From Phoronis australis (Eukaryota > Animalia > Phoronida): DNA of 64,000 bases. Under the pieces are notes generated by a model. The model had not been told where the DNA came from and made no database searches. It was given only the letters and a program-made list of their open reading frames with translations. The position numbers were made by a program, and so were the translations under genes. Shown here piece by piece: positions 50,167 through 62,424 of this stretch; within the stretch, counting starts at the first letter, position 1; each line of letters begins with the position of its first letter. The stretch lies in assembly GCA_002633005.1 (NCBI GenBank), contig NMRA01000480.1, forward strand, positions 62,001-126,000. The letters run 5' to 3'.

Positions 50167-51063
50167 TAAACTACTTTACAAAAATCAAGATTAAGAATAT
50201 TTTAGTCTTCTGCTAGCATGGTTGTGAAGATGTCATAAAGCAAATTTGGTAAATTTTCCATGATTTGCAGTATAGTAATTAGCTTTAGAAAAATCATTTT
50301 TGTGTGAAATCAGTGGAAATTATTTTAATTGCAGCTTTTTGTGAAAAAGAAACTTACAGAATTCAATGGCACTGCCAGGCATCTAGGGACTAAACCTGGG
50401 ACTTGGGCTTTAACAGTTGAAGCAGGGAATTCATTGGCACTGGCATCTAGGCACTAAACCAGGGACTTGGGCTAAAACAGTTTAAAGAAGGGAAAATTTA
50501 TAACTTGGTTTATGGCAATATCGCAACGATGATCACCAAAATTTTCATTTGTCAAGAGCTTCTAACATTTCTGCGAGTTTTCGCATATTCAAAACTTTGT
50601 CTGATGGAAGCTATGGTACAAAACATGGGAATGCATGTAATGTGCTGCGCATGTCGCATGTAAAAATAATGAAATAACATTTCACTTGTTGGTCATGTTG
50701 TGTCTTAGATTGCAGGTATTTTAGCGTAGTTTTGTTTTCTTTTGGTAAGACTCATGACCACAAGTTGTTACAACTCCATTCTTCTATGTTGTGTGTTTTG
50801 AGTAATACTCGGATTTATCGTGCCTGCATTTTGAGAACCTGTTTTCTGCACTGAATAATGTGCGACAGTCTGGTTCTCAATATTTGGCCACGTTATTTCT
50901 GAGTATTGCTACGTTTTGTGACTTTAATTGGAACTTTTTTGTTTTTTGTCTAATCTCTGTGTCGCTAAACTGCTGACTTCTTTACAATTCAGGTTCTTAA
51001 GTAAAATTACTTCTTAATTGCTCAAGTAAAATCTCGCTATTCCGATTGTGTAATTCGTAAAAA

Positions 51064-51282
51064 AATAAATTACCATAAGGGCACTGTTTATCCTTTCATG
51101 TTCCTAAATAAATTACAACAAGGGTACTGTTCATCCTTTCATGTTCCTAAATAAATTACAACAAGGGTACTGTTCATCCTTTCATGTTCCTAAATAAATT
51201 ACAACAAGGGTACTGTTCATCCTTTCATGTTCCTAAATAAATTACAACAAGGGTACTGTTCATCCTTTCATGTTCCTAAATA
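51064..51282. repeat. 43-bp minisatellite, about 5 copies, upstream of the exon 51317 acceptor
   Basis: Unit aagggtactgttcatcctttcatgttcctaaataaattacaac. Confidence 0.95.
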
Positions 51283-51316
51283 CACATCATGTTCACAGTT
51301 TTTATCTGTCTCACAG

Positions 51317-51578
51317 GCATTGGGTTCGCCACCACGGTAATGCTGTTCTTTCTCAACTGCTATTACAACGTTATCCTGGCCTGGGCAATATATTACTTAT
51401 TTGCCTCATTCACATCCGTTCTGCCGTGGACGACGTGTCTAAACGACTGGAACACGTGCTTCTGTAAGACATCTTACTCAAATGAAACCATGGACTATGC
51501 GGAGCTTAAACCAGAATGTAACAACACGGACTTCACCAACGTCACAAAATTTAATGACTCTGTCGACGAGTTCTGGAT
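51317..51578 (+). CDS. SLC6 transporter exon encoding TM3 and extracellular loop 2 (262 nt)
   Basis: (G)[49 protein letters not shown]...SVDEFW. Acceptor tcacAG at 51315-51316, donor AT|GTAAGT at 51579. Phase 1-2. The next exon was not found within the window. Confidence 0.95.
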
Positions 51579-53825
51579 GTAAGTTTTTTCTTGATAAATT
51601 TGTGTGTTGTACTTTTGTGTTTTTCCTTTTTATTCAGTGGGTATCAGTTCTCAAAGTGTTTACCTTGTATACGCATATTTAGGACCATGTGACTATATCC
51701 GCCTTTATGCAACACTTGAGTAAAACCAAGGAGCGACATGGCTTGACATATCTGTTACAAAACAGTTGACAGTAACATGTCTTCAATTTGTACATTAACT
51801 ATTTGAAAAGTAATAGAATTGGAGAAAATGTGCAAAAATAGATAAAAAGATAAGTAGAAGCACAGACACAAGTAATAGTAGCCTGCTCCTAGAATTGATG
51901 CATAGGCACGTGCACCTGTACACAAAACAGTTGCCAAAAGATTTCCTTGAAGAAAATCATTGGATTATTCATACTGGCCTAAATACACGCATATACGGTA
52001 TGGCGATTGCTATCGTATATTCTGGTTAGATTGACAGACTGCTCTGTGATGCCGTGTTAGGTAAATTTTGCATGACCCCCAGTGCAGATGCTTGTTGATT
52101 AAACCATGTCACACCTTGGTCCCCCTGAATGTGTATTTAACAACCCATAGTCATGTTCTTACCAGCTCATATGATCAATGCTACATTTGTGTGAATTGTG
52201 ATTGGTTTTCTGTACCGCCTCTTTGTGTAGGTGGTTACTGTTTTTACCTGCACACATGCAGTGCACATTATCATGTGGTGGGTTCAATTATTGTGTGGCA
52301 CAATGTTCCAGGTATAAACAGAATGAGAAGTGCTCTCTAACACTGCTCACATTAAACACTAATGTGCCATCAGCAGCAGTATAAAGAGTATAGTTACACT
52401 TATTTCTCACAAGCTTGTTGCAGGCAGTGTTGTCAGACTTTACCTACTCTGCATCACTTAGTTGTCTGGTAGATCAATTAAACCATACCAGTCTCTTATA
52501 TTCCAGGTTTTTGTAATGCGTTCAGTAAAAATTGTGAGCTGGAATTACCTGTGCTTATGTATATGGAAACAGGCTTCAGTGAAGAGCATGCCTACTTCTT
52601 AGTCATTGGCAATTGTTGTTCACAAACACCAGTCCAGGCAAATATATTCAACTTCAATTGACTTTTGTAAAGGCAGACTGAAGTGCTTTGGGATTTGCTG
52701 GAAATATCATGAGCTCATGAACTTTATTTAAAATATCATACAAATGTTGTGTCCATAACCGATGATGCTTTCATTTCTAAACTGATAAGGAGGCCATTCA
52801 TTGGTGGAGGTGGGGCAGAAGCCTGGGTCAGTCCATACTTGGAATAACATGTTGATAACATTGTCTGGGCCAAATGAATTGAACATGAATCATTGCTTTG
52901 GGACCTTTACTATCAGGTACAACTTTAGACAGGATTCCAGAAAGTCTAGTTTGCGAACACAACTTTGGCATAGTTCTTCATGTTGTTGACTTAGATCACT
53001 ATGCAATTTACTTGTGAAGAATGTCTCAGTTGATTGGCATCCACTTGACTAGTAATATGAGTTGCTATTATTACAATTGTTTTAATGAGATTCACACATA
53101 GGTTATGAAGGCTGTGTAAAATAAAAAGAGTGATTTCAGCAATTATTGCTGTCCGGAATTTATGACCTTTTAAGATTTTCATTGGTTGCGAGCGAACTCG
53201 CATTACCAGCCAGTTCCAATGCGTTTTTGGTCTGCACGTACTCTAAATCATGTCTCAGTCTGCATGTGTATCACTGTGCCAGTTTTAGCCACTGGGTAAA
53301 AATAGCCTCTTGACATCTGCTGGTGTTCTTCACTGGAATTTGTTTTTTCATTGAGGTGGAGAGGGAGATATTTTTGTGTTGTTATTGACTCAGGACACGC
53401 TCAGGTCAGTGACCTCACCAGTTCCAGCTCCTGGCATACTTGTGGCCATGCAGTCATCCTGCTATTTCTACTGTATCTCATTAAAAGGGACTGTTGATTG
53501 TAATTAGTGTATCCTTATTTGGAATAATGCACTCTTGATGTTATTGCTGTGTAAGTTCTAATTTTTAGTATCATAAAGGTATTAACAATTCTGGTTTTAG
53601 GCCATAGTAGATAACTAGCATTTTTGCATTAATCAATGTCATATTTACAATATGAATGCATCTCTAAATGTTTGCTTTGAACTCCTACATAATGAGTAGA
53701 AACAAAACATACAAGTAAAGGCAATACAAGCAACCAATCACTAACAATCAGGGCCAGAATGAGATAAGAACAAAAAATTGCCGGGGACAAAACCAAAGTT
53801 GTGTGAGTTTGATAAAGTCTGTACG

Positions 53826-54202
53826 TTAAGTATTGACTATGGACTCCATACAGTGCACATTAAGTATTGACAATTCACTCCATACCCTGCACATTAAGTA
53901 TTGACAACAGACTTCATACACTGCACATTAAGTGTTGACAACACACTCCATACCCTGCACATTAAGTATTGACAACACACTCCATACCCTGCACATTAAG
54001 TATTGACAACACACTTCATACCCTGCACATTAAGTGTTGACAACACACTCTATACACTGCACAATAAGTATTGACAACACACTCCATACACTGCACATTA
54101 AGTATTGACAACAGACTTCATACACTGCACATGGAAGTATTGACAACACACTCCATACTCTGCACACTAAGTATCGACAACAGACTCCATACCCTGCACA
54201 TT
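53826..54202. repeat. 34-bp minisatellite, about 11 copies
   Basis: Unit cattaagtattgacaacacactccataccctgca. Confidence 0.95.
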
Positions 54203-54381
54203 CAAGTTTAAGCATATTTGAATGTTGCTTCTTCTGTCCAGTGTTCTCCACGACCTATTTTGACTCGACGCGCCAGGTTTAAAACCTTGGCTGGCTTGGT
54301 ACTCAGCCCTCAGCACATAATCAGAGCCTGATATTAGCAACAGTACACACAGTTCACTTTACAAAGACGCAGTTAACAATA

Positions 54382-55462
54382 CAGTATTCGCCATAATAAG
54401 GCGCCCGGGGCGCTTAGTAAAATTTGTTTCAGGGTGGTGGTGCTTATTGGAACCCAAGGCGTTTGAAACCTTTTCCGAAACGGGTGAAATCGGAAGTTAA
54501 AATTCATCAAATTAACACTCTGTGATGTATTTGTAACCTATGATAGACTTTCTACAAAATCATGGCACATTGCCACCAAACTTTGTTGTTAAATTACGAT
54601 CATTTTACAGAAAATTGTGCTGAAATCCCAGGGCGAAAACTCGCTGATGCCTCAACAGGGCAGCTTGAATAAAAATATAGTTTCGACTCAACAAATTAAT
54701 TTCCTGAAATCGTCACTTAAGTTTTCCAAATAGCATCCCTAAGATTTTAAGTTTCTGTGGAGTCAGTATAAAGAACAAGATTGGTTCAAATCTGCGCAAC
54801 ATGAGAAAAACCTCTGGATGAACACACATGTCGTAGTCACGTGACCTTTGTTTTGAAAGTCGTCTGCGTGTGTGAGTGAGCGAGAGCGTGCGTGTCATCA
54901 GCGTTCATTTGCCGGAGTAAACGCAATATAACGATATAGGTGTGCATTGTAATTAAAGAATAACACAAGTAGTATCTTGAGAATGCGTTTTATTTAGCAC
55001 TTGCTGAACACATCTATTAAAACGTGCGAGAATTGTCTGGGTAGGACCTAAGGCCGAAGGTCATTGAGTCGCCGTGAGACTGGATGTGTGACAGTCTGAG
55101 TTATTTTCCGGGTGATTCGGGGGCGGAGGTGTCCACTATAAATGGGGCATTTTATCAGGTATTTTAGTTTAAAAACGCCAATTATGAATACATTAAAAAG
55201 TGATTAATAAAGCAATCCCTCTTAAAAATATCGTAACAGTTTTTATGGCATTACAAACTTGCTGAAATTATTATTTGTTTCTTGCCAATGTGCTACCCGT
55301 AGTTTCATGGATAGTTTTCCCGAAGACTAATGTCTGCGATGACAAGTGACAGGTATGTAGCGCGCGCTTCCTGGCCACGTGCTTTTAACAAATTTTTTTA
55401 TTCGTGATGCAGTCGTCCGCTGAAATGGGCACTTCGAGTATGATTCGCGGTTTTCACGTGTA
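54382..55462 (+). mobile_element. TIR element family H, copy 3 (truncated within the HIRAN-like ORF)
   Basis: TA|CAGTATTCGCCATAATAAGGCGCCC start, colinear with copies 1 and 2. Reads MQSSAEMGTSSMIRGFHV from ATG 55407 and then breaks off. Confidence 0.8.
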
Positions 55463-55816
55463 GTCCCTACAAAATGTCAAAAAGTAGGTCACGCCTGACC
55501 AGTTCAGTGTACTTTTTTGAAACCTATATAAATACCTCCAGTGGAGATGTTAAATAAGGCTATAGAATAGAGAAAATACAGTGTTGACTACTGAAATTGA
55601 ACTCTAGAAATTTGCACTTGGTATTGTGGAGAACACTACTGTCATGGAATTACAGTGCTTTCCTAAAGAAATAAAAGTTATGTCCAAAACTGCCATTTTT
55701 CCAATTTCTAAAAACTAGTGACCGTTATACAATATTAACTTTGAAAATTACGAAGGAAAGTTTCTTCTTGTTTTTATTTGTTGGAAATTTTAATAAAATA
55801 ATTTTCACTGTTCTGC

Positions 55817-55967
55817 TATATTGCGTTATAGAAGAAAGTTAACCATAAGTCTATATTGCGTTATAGATTGAAGAAAGTTAACCATAAGTCTATATTGCGT
55901 TATAGATTGAAGAAAGTTAACCATAAGTCTATATTGCGTTATAGATTGAAGAAAGTTAACCATAAGT
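55817..55967. repeat. 39-bp minisatellite, about 4 copies
   Basis: Unit ctatattgcgttatagattgaagaaagttaaccataagt. Confidence 0.95.
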
Positions 55968-57435
55968 TGGCTTTGACCAATTTTTCACTCTTGTCCATTT
56001 TGGCTCTGATGCTTCCTGCGATTGGTTGTTAACATTTTTTTACTGGTGTGCATTGTTTGTATTGACGATGCTTGGACTTAGAACCAGAGGTTTGGATGTA
56101 TGTTTTAGTGTGTATATTGAGAATTATGACATTGATTAGTGCCAAATAGGTTTGTTTAGCATTAATTCTTCCAATTACCTGTAGTAAACTAAACTGAAAA
56201 TGAACCAATGTGATTGAACAGTTGACAAAATAGTTTGAAGACTTAAATGTGACTTAAATGTCAGGAACCCATGCCCTAATGGAAAAATTTCTCAGTTTTG
56301 TACACGCTCTGTCCAAGTGAATTCTTATTTCGTCTTAAATTTTCAATGCATAACGAGAAAATAGCATAGCTGATTCTGGTCTGTATTTTTTGAAAATTGA
56401 TGCAGCATTTTTAATTGTCCATATTTTCAAAAAGATGCCACCTGATTAGGCCTCAATCTTTCTTTTTTTTCCTCCTAGCAACGCCTGATGCCACCTGAAA
56501 TGATTCATCCACGATCCTTCTGCTCTAGTTAGTCAATGCAATTGATTCCAGCTTTGACGCACTTCAAAAGGAGTTGCACAGTCCTGAACCACTTATGCGG
56601 TTTTGTCCTTATAAGAACTTTCCAGGAAAATTTACCTTGCTTTTAATATGGTTTGCATGGTTTAGCTGTCGCCAAACATTCCAAAAAATGGAGCATTTGC
56701 AACTGTGCTTTTTTGTCCCTGGAGTTTTTATCTTGTATATATTACGGTACAAAATTGATTAAGCGGTCAGAAAATACTTATGACATTTCCCAGAAAAAAA
56801 ATTTAAATCAACGCAATTAATTTGGTCTACATAATGCTCATTTGTCAGCTCTTGTTGATTTTGTGTTAACACACATTGTCTTAAAATTTCAGTGTGTTCT
56901 AAAAAGTAGTTTTGTGAGATGATAACTCATTTCAGTGACCTTAGTTACTGCTGTGATAAATATTTCACATCTGCTGTTTTATCTGTGATAGCAGAAAATA
57001 AGTGTAATGCTAGCTGTTTTGTAGATGTGTCTGAACCTGCAAATCTTGAAATAACTCCTAATAATTTCGTAACCGTATTTAATATTTGTGTGTCTCATAA
57101 GTATAATAAGATATGCAAAGTGCATATTAATAACAGCATCTTTTCCTAGATGCATTGTTGAGGAAATATGGTGTTAAAAGATGCTTTTGGAAAACCTGTG
57201 TTCTTTTTGATCAGTCCAGTGTTACTCCCATAGAACTCTAGCCCTACCTTGCTTTGTGTCTTGCAGTTGATCTGCAAATCTAGTGGTCCATTGCATTTTA
57301 AACCATTCGCTTGGCATTTCCCTGTTGTTACCTGTCCTAGTGAGGCACACCTCTGGCTTTTCTCAGCTAGCTAGCAACCAAGGACATCTGGCATCAAACA
57401 CTGCACAGGCTGAGGCTTGAAAGCAATGACCAGTA

Positions 57436-57617
57436 GCTTACATCCATACCTATAATGTGAGTGACCTCTAGTGTCAAGTGCTTACATCCATACCTATAAT
57501 GTGAGTGACCTCTAGTGTCAAGTGCTTACATCCATACCTATTATAAATGTGAGTGACCTCTAGTGTCAAGTGCTTACATCCATACCTATAATGTGAGTGA
57601 CCTCTAGTGTTAAGTGC
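57436..57617. repeat. 44-bp minisatellite, about 4 copies
   Basis: Unit gcttacatccatacctataatgtgagtgacctctagtgtcaagt. Confidence 0.95.
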
Positions 57618-58007
57618 CACATGCTCTGCTGCAGAACTCTCGTAGGTTGTGTTATGAAAGAAGACATTAATTTAGGGGCTTGTCCCCTAATCCATAATTT
57701 AGGGGTCTGTTTCCTAAGACATAATTTAACGGCCTCTTCCCTAACGTATAATTTAGGGGCATCGTCCTAATTTTTGCAAGAGAAAGCTAGTGAGCTCACA
57801 TGCCTTGCATGTTGTTCTTGGCAATATTTTGCGAATACTCGTGTGATCTTACCCTCAACCAATAAAGACCCCGCTCAGAAGGCTCAGGCACCTTTCCCGT
57901 CAGATAAGTGAGGGCCTTCGGTTATATAGCCAAGTGCTTACTTGCCAAGGAATGTTAAGGTTACCTGTACCCCTAATTGGTATGTTGTATTTATCCTAAA
58001 ATATCTA

Positions 58008-58810
58008 CCGTAAACCTGCGAGTTAACTCTGAGACATGGGCTGGGCTATGGGCGCTTAAACCGAAAATTGGCAAAAGTTTGGAGTGAGCTATTGCCCAAG
58101 CAGTGGCCGCTTACGTCCAAAATGTTGTACTGCAGAACTTCATGAAACACGAATGGCAGTCCACTTACCGTAACAGCAAGTACTCTTTCAGATCATTGAA
58201 CGTGACTAGTTTCCTGGATTAAAACACAGGTGATTCGTTCCCGGCCCAAACTTTGCAAGTGCAACGAGAGGGGGGATGTTATTTTAAAATTGCTCAATTC
58301 AAATCTGGGTCCACCATGTGTGCAATTGCACCGAGATGGGGGTTTAATTAATTGGTCAATTCAAGTCTAGGTCCACCCGGGAGATAAATCTAGCAAAATC
58401 ACGTGCTCCGTTCATGCAACTTGTACGCACTAATAACTTCACAGTCTGATCAAGATCATTACTGGATGACTAATCTCATAGTAGAAAAGTGCCAGTTCTA
58501 TAAAAATCTATGGAGTTGGCGTATATTGATTTAACAAAAGACTTGTTAATAAGTTTAAGTAAAGGTAGTTGCAGTGCTTATAAGTTATTCCACAAATGCT
58601 GGCTAAAAATGCACTTTTTGAGACTGTGGTACGTAAGCATGCCATGTTTCCAACAAACACGGAAGTCCGAGCGGGTGGCAAGGCTGGATGAGCAATTACC
58701 CAAGAAGCTGAAATTTGTGCAAAGTGGTGGATGGGCGTTTACATGGAAATTTGGCAAAAGTCGGGGCTGGGCGATTACCTGGGTATAGGCGTTAACTTGC
58801 GAGTTTATGG
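58008..58810. mobile_element. Tc2/pogo-type MITE, 803 bp, TA TSD
   Basis: TA|CCGTAAACCTGCGAGTTAAC ... GTTAACTTGCGAGTTTATGG|TA, with gggcg subterminal repeats. Confidence 0.8.
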
Positions 58811-59689
58811 TAATTAATTAGCCACTGTCAACCGTTGAAAGAATATATTTTCTGAAAAGAGAAGTCGTAACGAATTTATCTATGCCATCCACAACATTGT
58901 GCCATTGTTGTGGTCCCGTTAGTCGGCGTTTTGGGTGAAAAAGTTCCGTTTTTGAAAGGTACTCCAATAACAAATTGATCCTTTAATGTTCATTTTAAGA
59001 CTTTGGACAACAAAACTTAGGCAAATTTGCTCCAAAACCATGTCTGGGATTTTGAATAAAATGAAACATTTTCTAATCTGAAAAATATGCTTATTTGCAA
59101 TCACTTTTTCAGAAACAATGTGACTTTTAATCAAAATATCGAGGCACGGTTTTTGTATTGAATGATTGTACTGTTTGAAAATTCAAACTCCGAGGAAATT
59201 CGTTGACTATTTTCGAAGACATTGTGGTTCGAGGTTAGTAGACTGACCCAAACAATGAATGAAGAAAAACTTCGCTCTGTGTTTGCTGTAGCCTCCTCAC
59301 TGTTTTGCTGTTGCAGTATGATTAAAACTGTGGCTGTGAAATGTGGTCAGACACTTCTATAGGTCACCATAGTTACATAAACTTTATGAGACTCCAGGAC
59401 CAAATACAGTTGTAAGGGTAAAACAAAATGTGTTTGAAATCTCCTCATATTTTGCCATGAATTAAAGAAATATTTAAAAAATAAAATTTATTGAGACAGG
59501 TATACATATCCTTAATGAGGTCTAGCATGACCTCATTTTACAGGCATAATACAACTGCTTCTGAATGGAATGGTGTTTGTCTCCCTAGCTGGAGGATGAA
59601 GCTTGCCTCTGGGCCAACTGACTTTACTGACGTTCTTTAGTTCACTTGGTCTTCACAATTTTGACATCAGTTCATTGCCGTTGGGTAGA

Positions 59690-60912
59690 AAAAATTGCAG
59701 GTGGCCGGATACACGTTGTACCTGACGTGCGCAGGCCGCGCATGTGGGCCCATTGCACTGATCATCGGGAACCATTTTTATGCTTTGTTAATATATAGTG
59801 AAAACCGAGCTGATTAGGTAGAAACCTGGCTTAGCTGTGTGACCCAGTGGTACTCTAACCCACGACCTGGAGTAAAGAAAGCGGGCACCTATTACACTAC
59901 ATATGCGGATTTAGGGGGGTCCAGGGGGCACGCCCCCCCCCCTTGGCTGCCGCAAAAAAAATAAAATGGCAAGAGCATAGGGAAATGTTGAGTTTATTAA
60001 TTAACCCCGGTAATTAAAATTATACGGATGAAACAAGATTTAAATGTTTTGCAGTTTTAGTGTTTGGAGAAGGGTGGAGGGTGCTCAAATCCAATTTCAA
60101 GTGTCAAATTGAGAACACGGCGCATTCGTAACGGAACTATGGCTAAGTATAGGCTCTCCTGCGATATCCCAGGCGACCGGCAGTGGCGCTGCGCACTACG
60201 ACTCCGTTTCCGTCGTCTGCTCTAATGTGCAATGAACAAAATTTACTTCATTTTTTAAAGAAAATGGAACCTGAGTGATGAAAAAACAGAAACTGCTGGT
60301 ACGATGTCAATTTTAATCAAAGCCTTAGTGAATCATTCAGAAACTCAGAGTTCTTTCTTTGTCAAACCATAACAAAGCAATCCCGTCATTATTGCCAACA
60401 CGAAAAACGGATTTGGTCTTTTGGGCATTTGAAGACTATTTTGAATACAACAAATTTGTTAAGAATCGATGGCACAAAATATAAAACGTGTAATAAGCAT
60501 TACAAAAAGAAGTAGGGTTCGCACGCAAATGCTTTGAACCATAAACGAGTAGGTCTCTTAGTATAAGATTAGTAGCTAAATCGTGGTGGCGTAGTGGTAA
60601 AGCACGCGCACTCTATTTGCCAGGTTGTAAGTTCGAGTGTCTGGTACTGGCAGTTTTTTCTGTTTGACACATTTTTTTGCCTTTTTTCTTGGGTAACACT
60701 TCAAGAATCGAGGAAAATGCTTGATTGTTAGAGGAAAAAACAAAAAATTTCCTAGGCGGGAGGGGGTTTGCCCCCCTCCTGACTTACCCCCATTCAGTGC
60801 TATGCGCATCTACAATCTTGGTTTGCGCAAATGCTTACAGCTGGACAAAATGTTGGGCCCCCCCTTGTGATATCCTAGATCCACCAATGCACTAAGCCAC
60901 ACTGCTTCCTCT
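59690..60912 (-). mobile_element. tRNA-derived SINE (second copy) split by a 990-bp insertion
   Basis: 59690-59899 is the reverse complement of the 42790-42990 body. The head (gccacactgcttcctct) resumes at 60890-60912. Confidence 0.75.
59900..60889. mobile_element. Non-autonomous DNA transposon, 990 bp, 5-bp TSD CACTA
   Basis: Imperfect TIRs CATATGCGGATTTAGGG / TCCTAGATCCACCAATG and G/C-run subtermini. CACTA occurs at 59895-59899 and 60890-60894. Confidence 0.8.
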
Positions 60913-61850
60913 GCGGTTGGATAACAAAGTGTGCTGAATTGCTCCCTCTGTTTGTTGAAGCCAACTTTGAGATGCCTCTTCATTTCACACATGCGTTTAA
61001 GTCATCTCTTGTCTCCCTTCAAAGCCAATCTGTGGGATTTGCTGGATTATTCGCTGGCAGTAAATTAACTTTCTTCTCATTAGGTAGACTAAGTAAAAGT
61101 TCTCTTTGGGTTACTAATGAGTTTTGAGTAATCTTCTTTGCCGGAGATTTATTGATTTTGGATGCAATTCCCAAGTCTTCACTTGCTTAATATTATCACA
61201 TTCTTTCCATATTCTTATAATATACACAACTTGTTAAGTTTGCTAAATCGAATCCTTTTATTGATTACTCTGTTGGCATATGGTAGTGTTCATCAATTGC
61301 TCTTGTTGCCTGATTGTAAGTCAGAATGCCATCAAGTCCATGTTCCTACACTGATCATTCCTTGCCAGATGATGACCACCTGGGCAAACCTTTCCTTCTT
61401 GCTGAATGTGTTAAATCTTAGATCACACAAACACCATGAGAAATCACTGGAGTTAAAGGCGAGTGTTTCGTTAAAATGGTGGCTAGGGATGTGGTAGGTT
61501 GATGAGGCTTGAATGCTTAAGAGATAGGATTCATGGACCGTAAGATAGCATTCATGGATCATTAGAATTCCCAAATCATAAGCTAGAATTCGATGTTTCC
61601 AAGATTTTTAGCAGCAACCACCTGGCTAGTGTCTTGGCTCCAATTTTGGCCAAATAATGTTATCTAGACGGTGCTAAGTTGTTGCCGAATTACTGAAAAG
61701 GGAGCAAATTTCCACATTGAGGAAGTGTTTGTAGTACACATAGATTGATTGATTGTCATGTATTGCAGTGGAACGTGTATGAATTGCTGGGCATGTTTAG
61801 TGGTTCATTATAGTTTCTCATTAGTACTTGGCAGTCAAAATGAGAGTGCT

Positions 61851-61961
61851 TTATTGGATACCTATATCATTGGATATCTATATTATTGGATATCTATATT
61901 ATTGGATATCTATATTATTGGATATCTATATTATTGGTTATCTATATTATTGGATATCTCT
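61851..61961. repeat. 16-bp minisatellite, about 7 copies
   Basis: Unit tattattggatatcta. Confidence 0.95.
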
Positions 61962-62424
61962 ACAGAGTGAGTATGGGTATGTAGTACACTATTTGGCTAA
62001 CTTTGGAATGTCTCAGAAATGGCTTATGGGATTTCTTTGAAACTTTCAGATACTATGCTTCTTTCACAAGATTTTATCTGCAATTGCTTTTAAAATTTTC
62101 TGTTTGACACAAGGGGTTATCAAAATGAGACTTGTATGGTGTACATAAAAAAACTCAAAAGTTGCATGGAACAGAAATTAAATGATAATTTAGAAAACTG
62201 TAACAAGCAATTTTCAGATTTTATTTTCAACATATATGTTAAATGAAGTTGGTCCAACATTATTGGTACCATTGTTTTGCTATCAATGTACCTTCATTTG
62301 TTCTTACATTGTTAGTGAGTACTTCCTAATATCGCCATGCAAATGAATCCTCCTGTGTTTTCACTATGGTTTGGACTACACAAGTTAACTAATAAAAGCT
62401 CTTACATTTTTGCTTTTTGATATA

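Noticed and set aside
46483-57617. Regular 28-44 bp repeat arrays as possible CRISPR arrays
   Set aside because: The units are contiguous with no unique spacers, there are no cas genes, and the context is a eukaryotic intron.
59895-59899. CACTA as the terminus of an EnSpm/CACTA transposon
   Set aside because: It is a direct repeat on both flanks and belongs to the SINE target, so it is a TSD and not an inverted terminus.
60580-60660. Functional tRNA gene
   Set aside because: A and B boxes are present, but the acceptor and anticodon stems do not pair convincingly.
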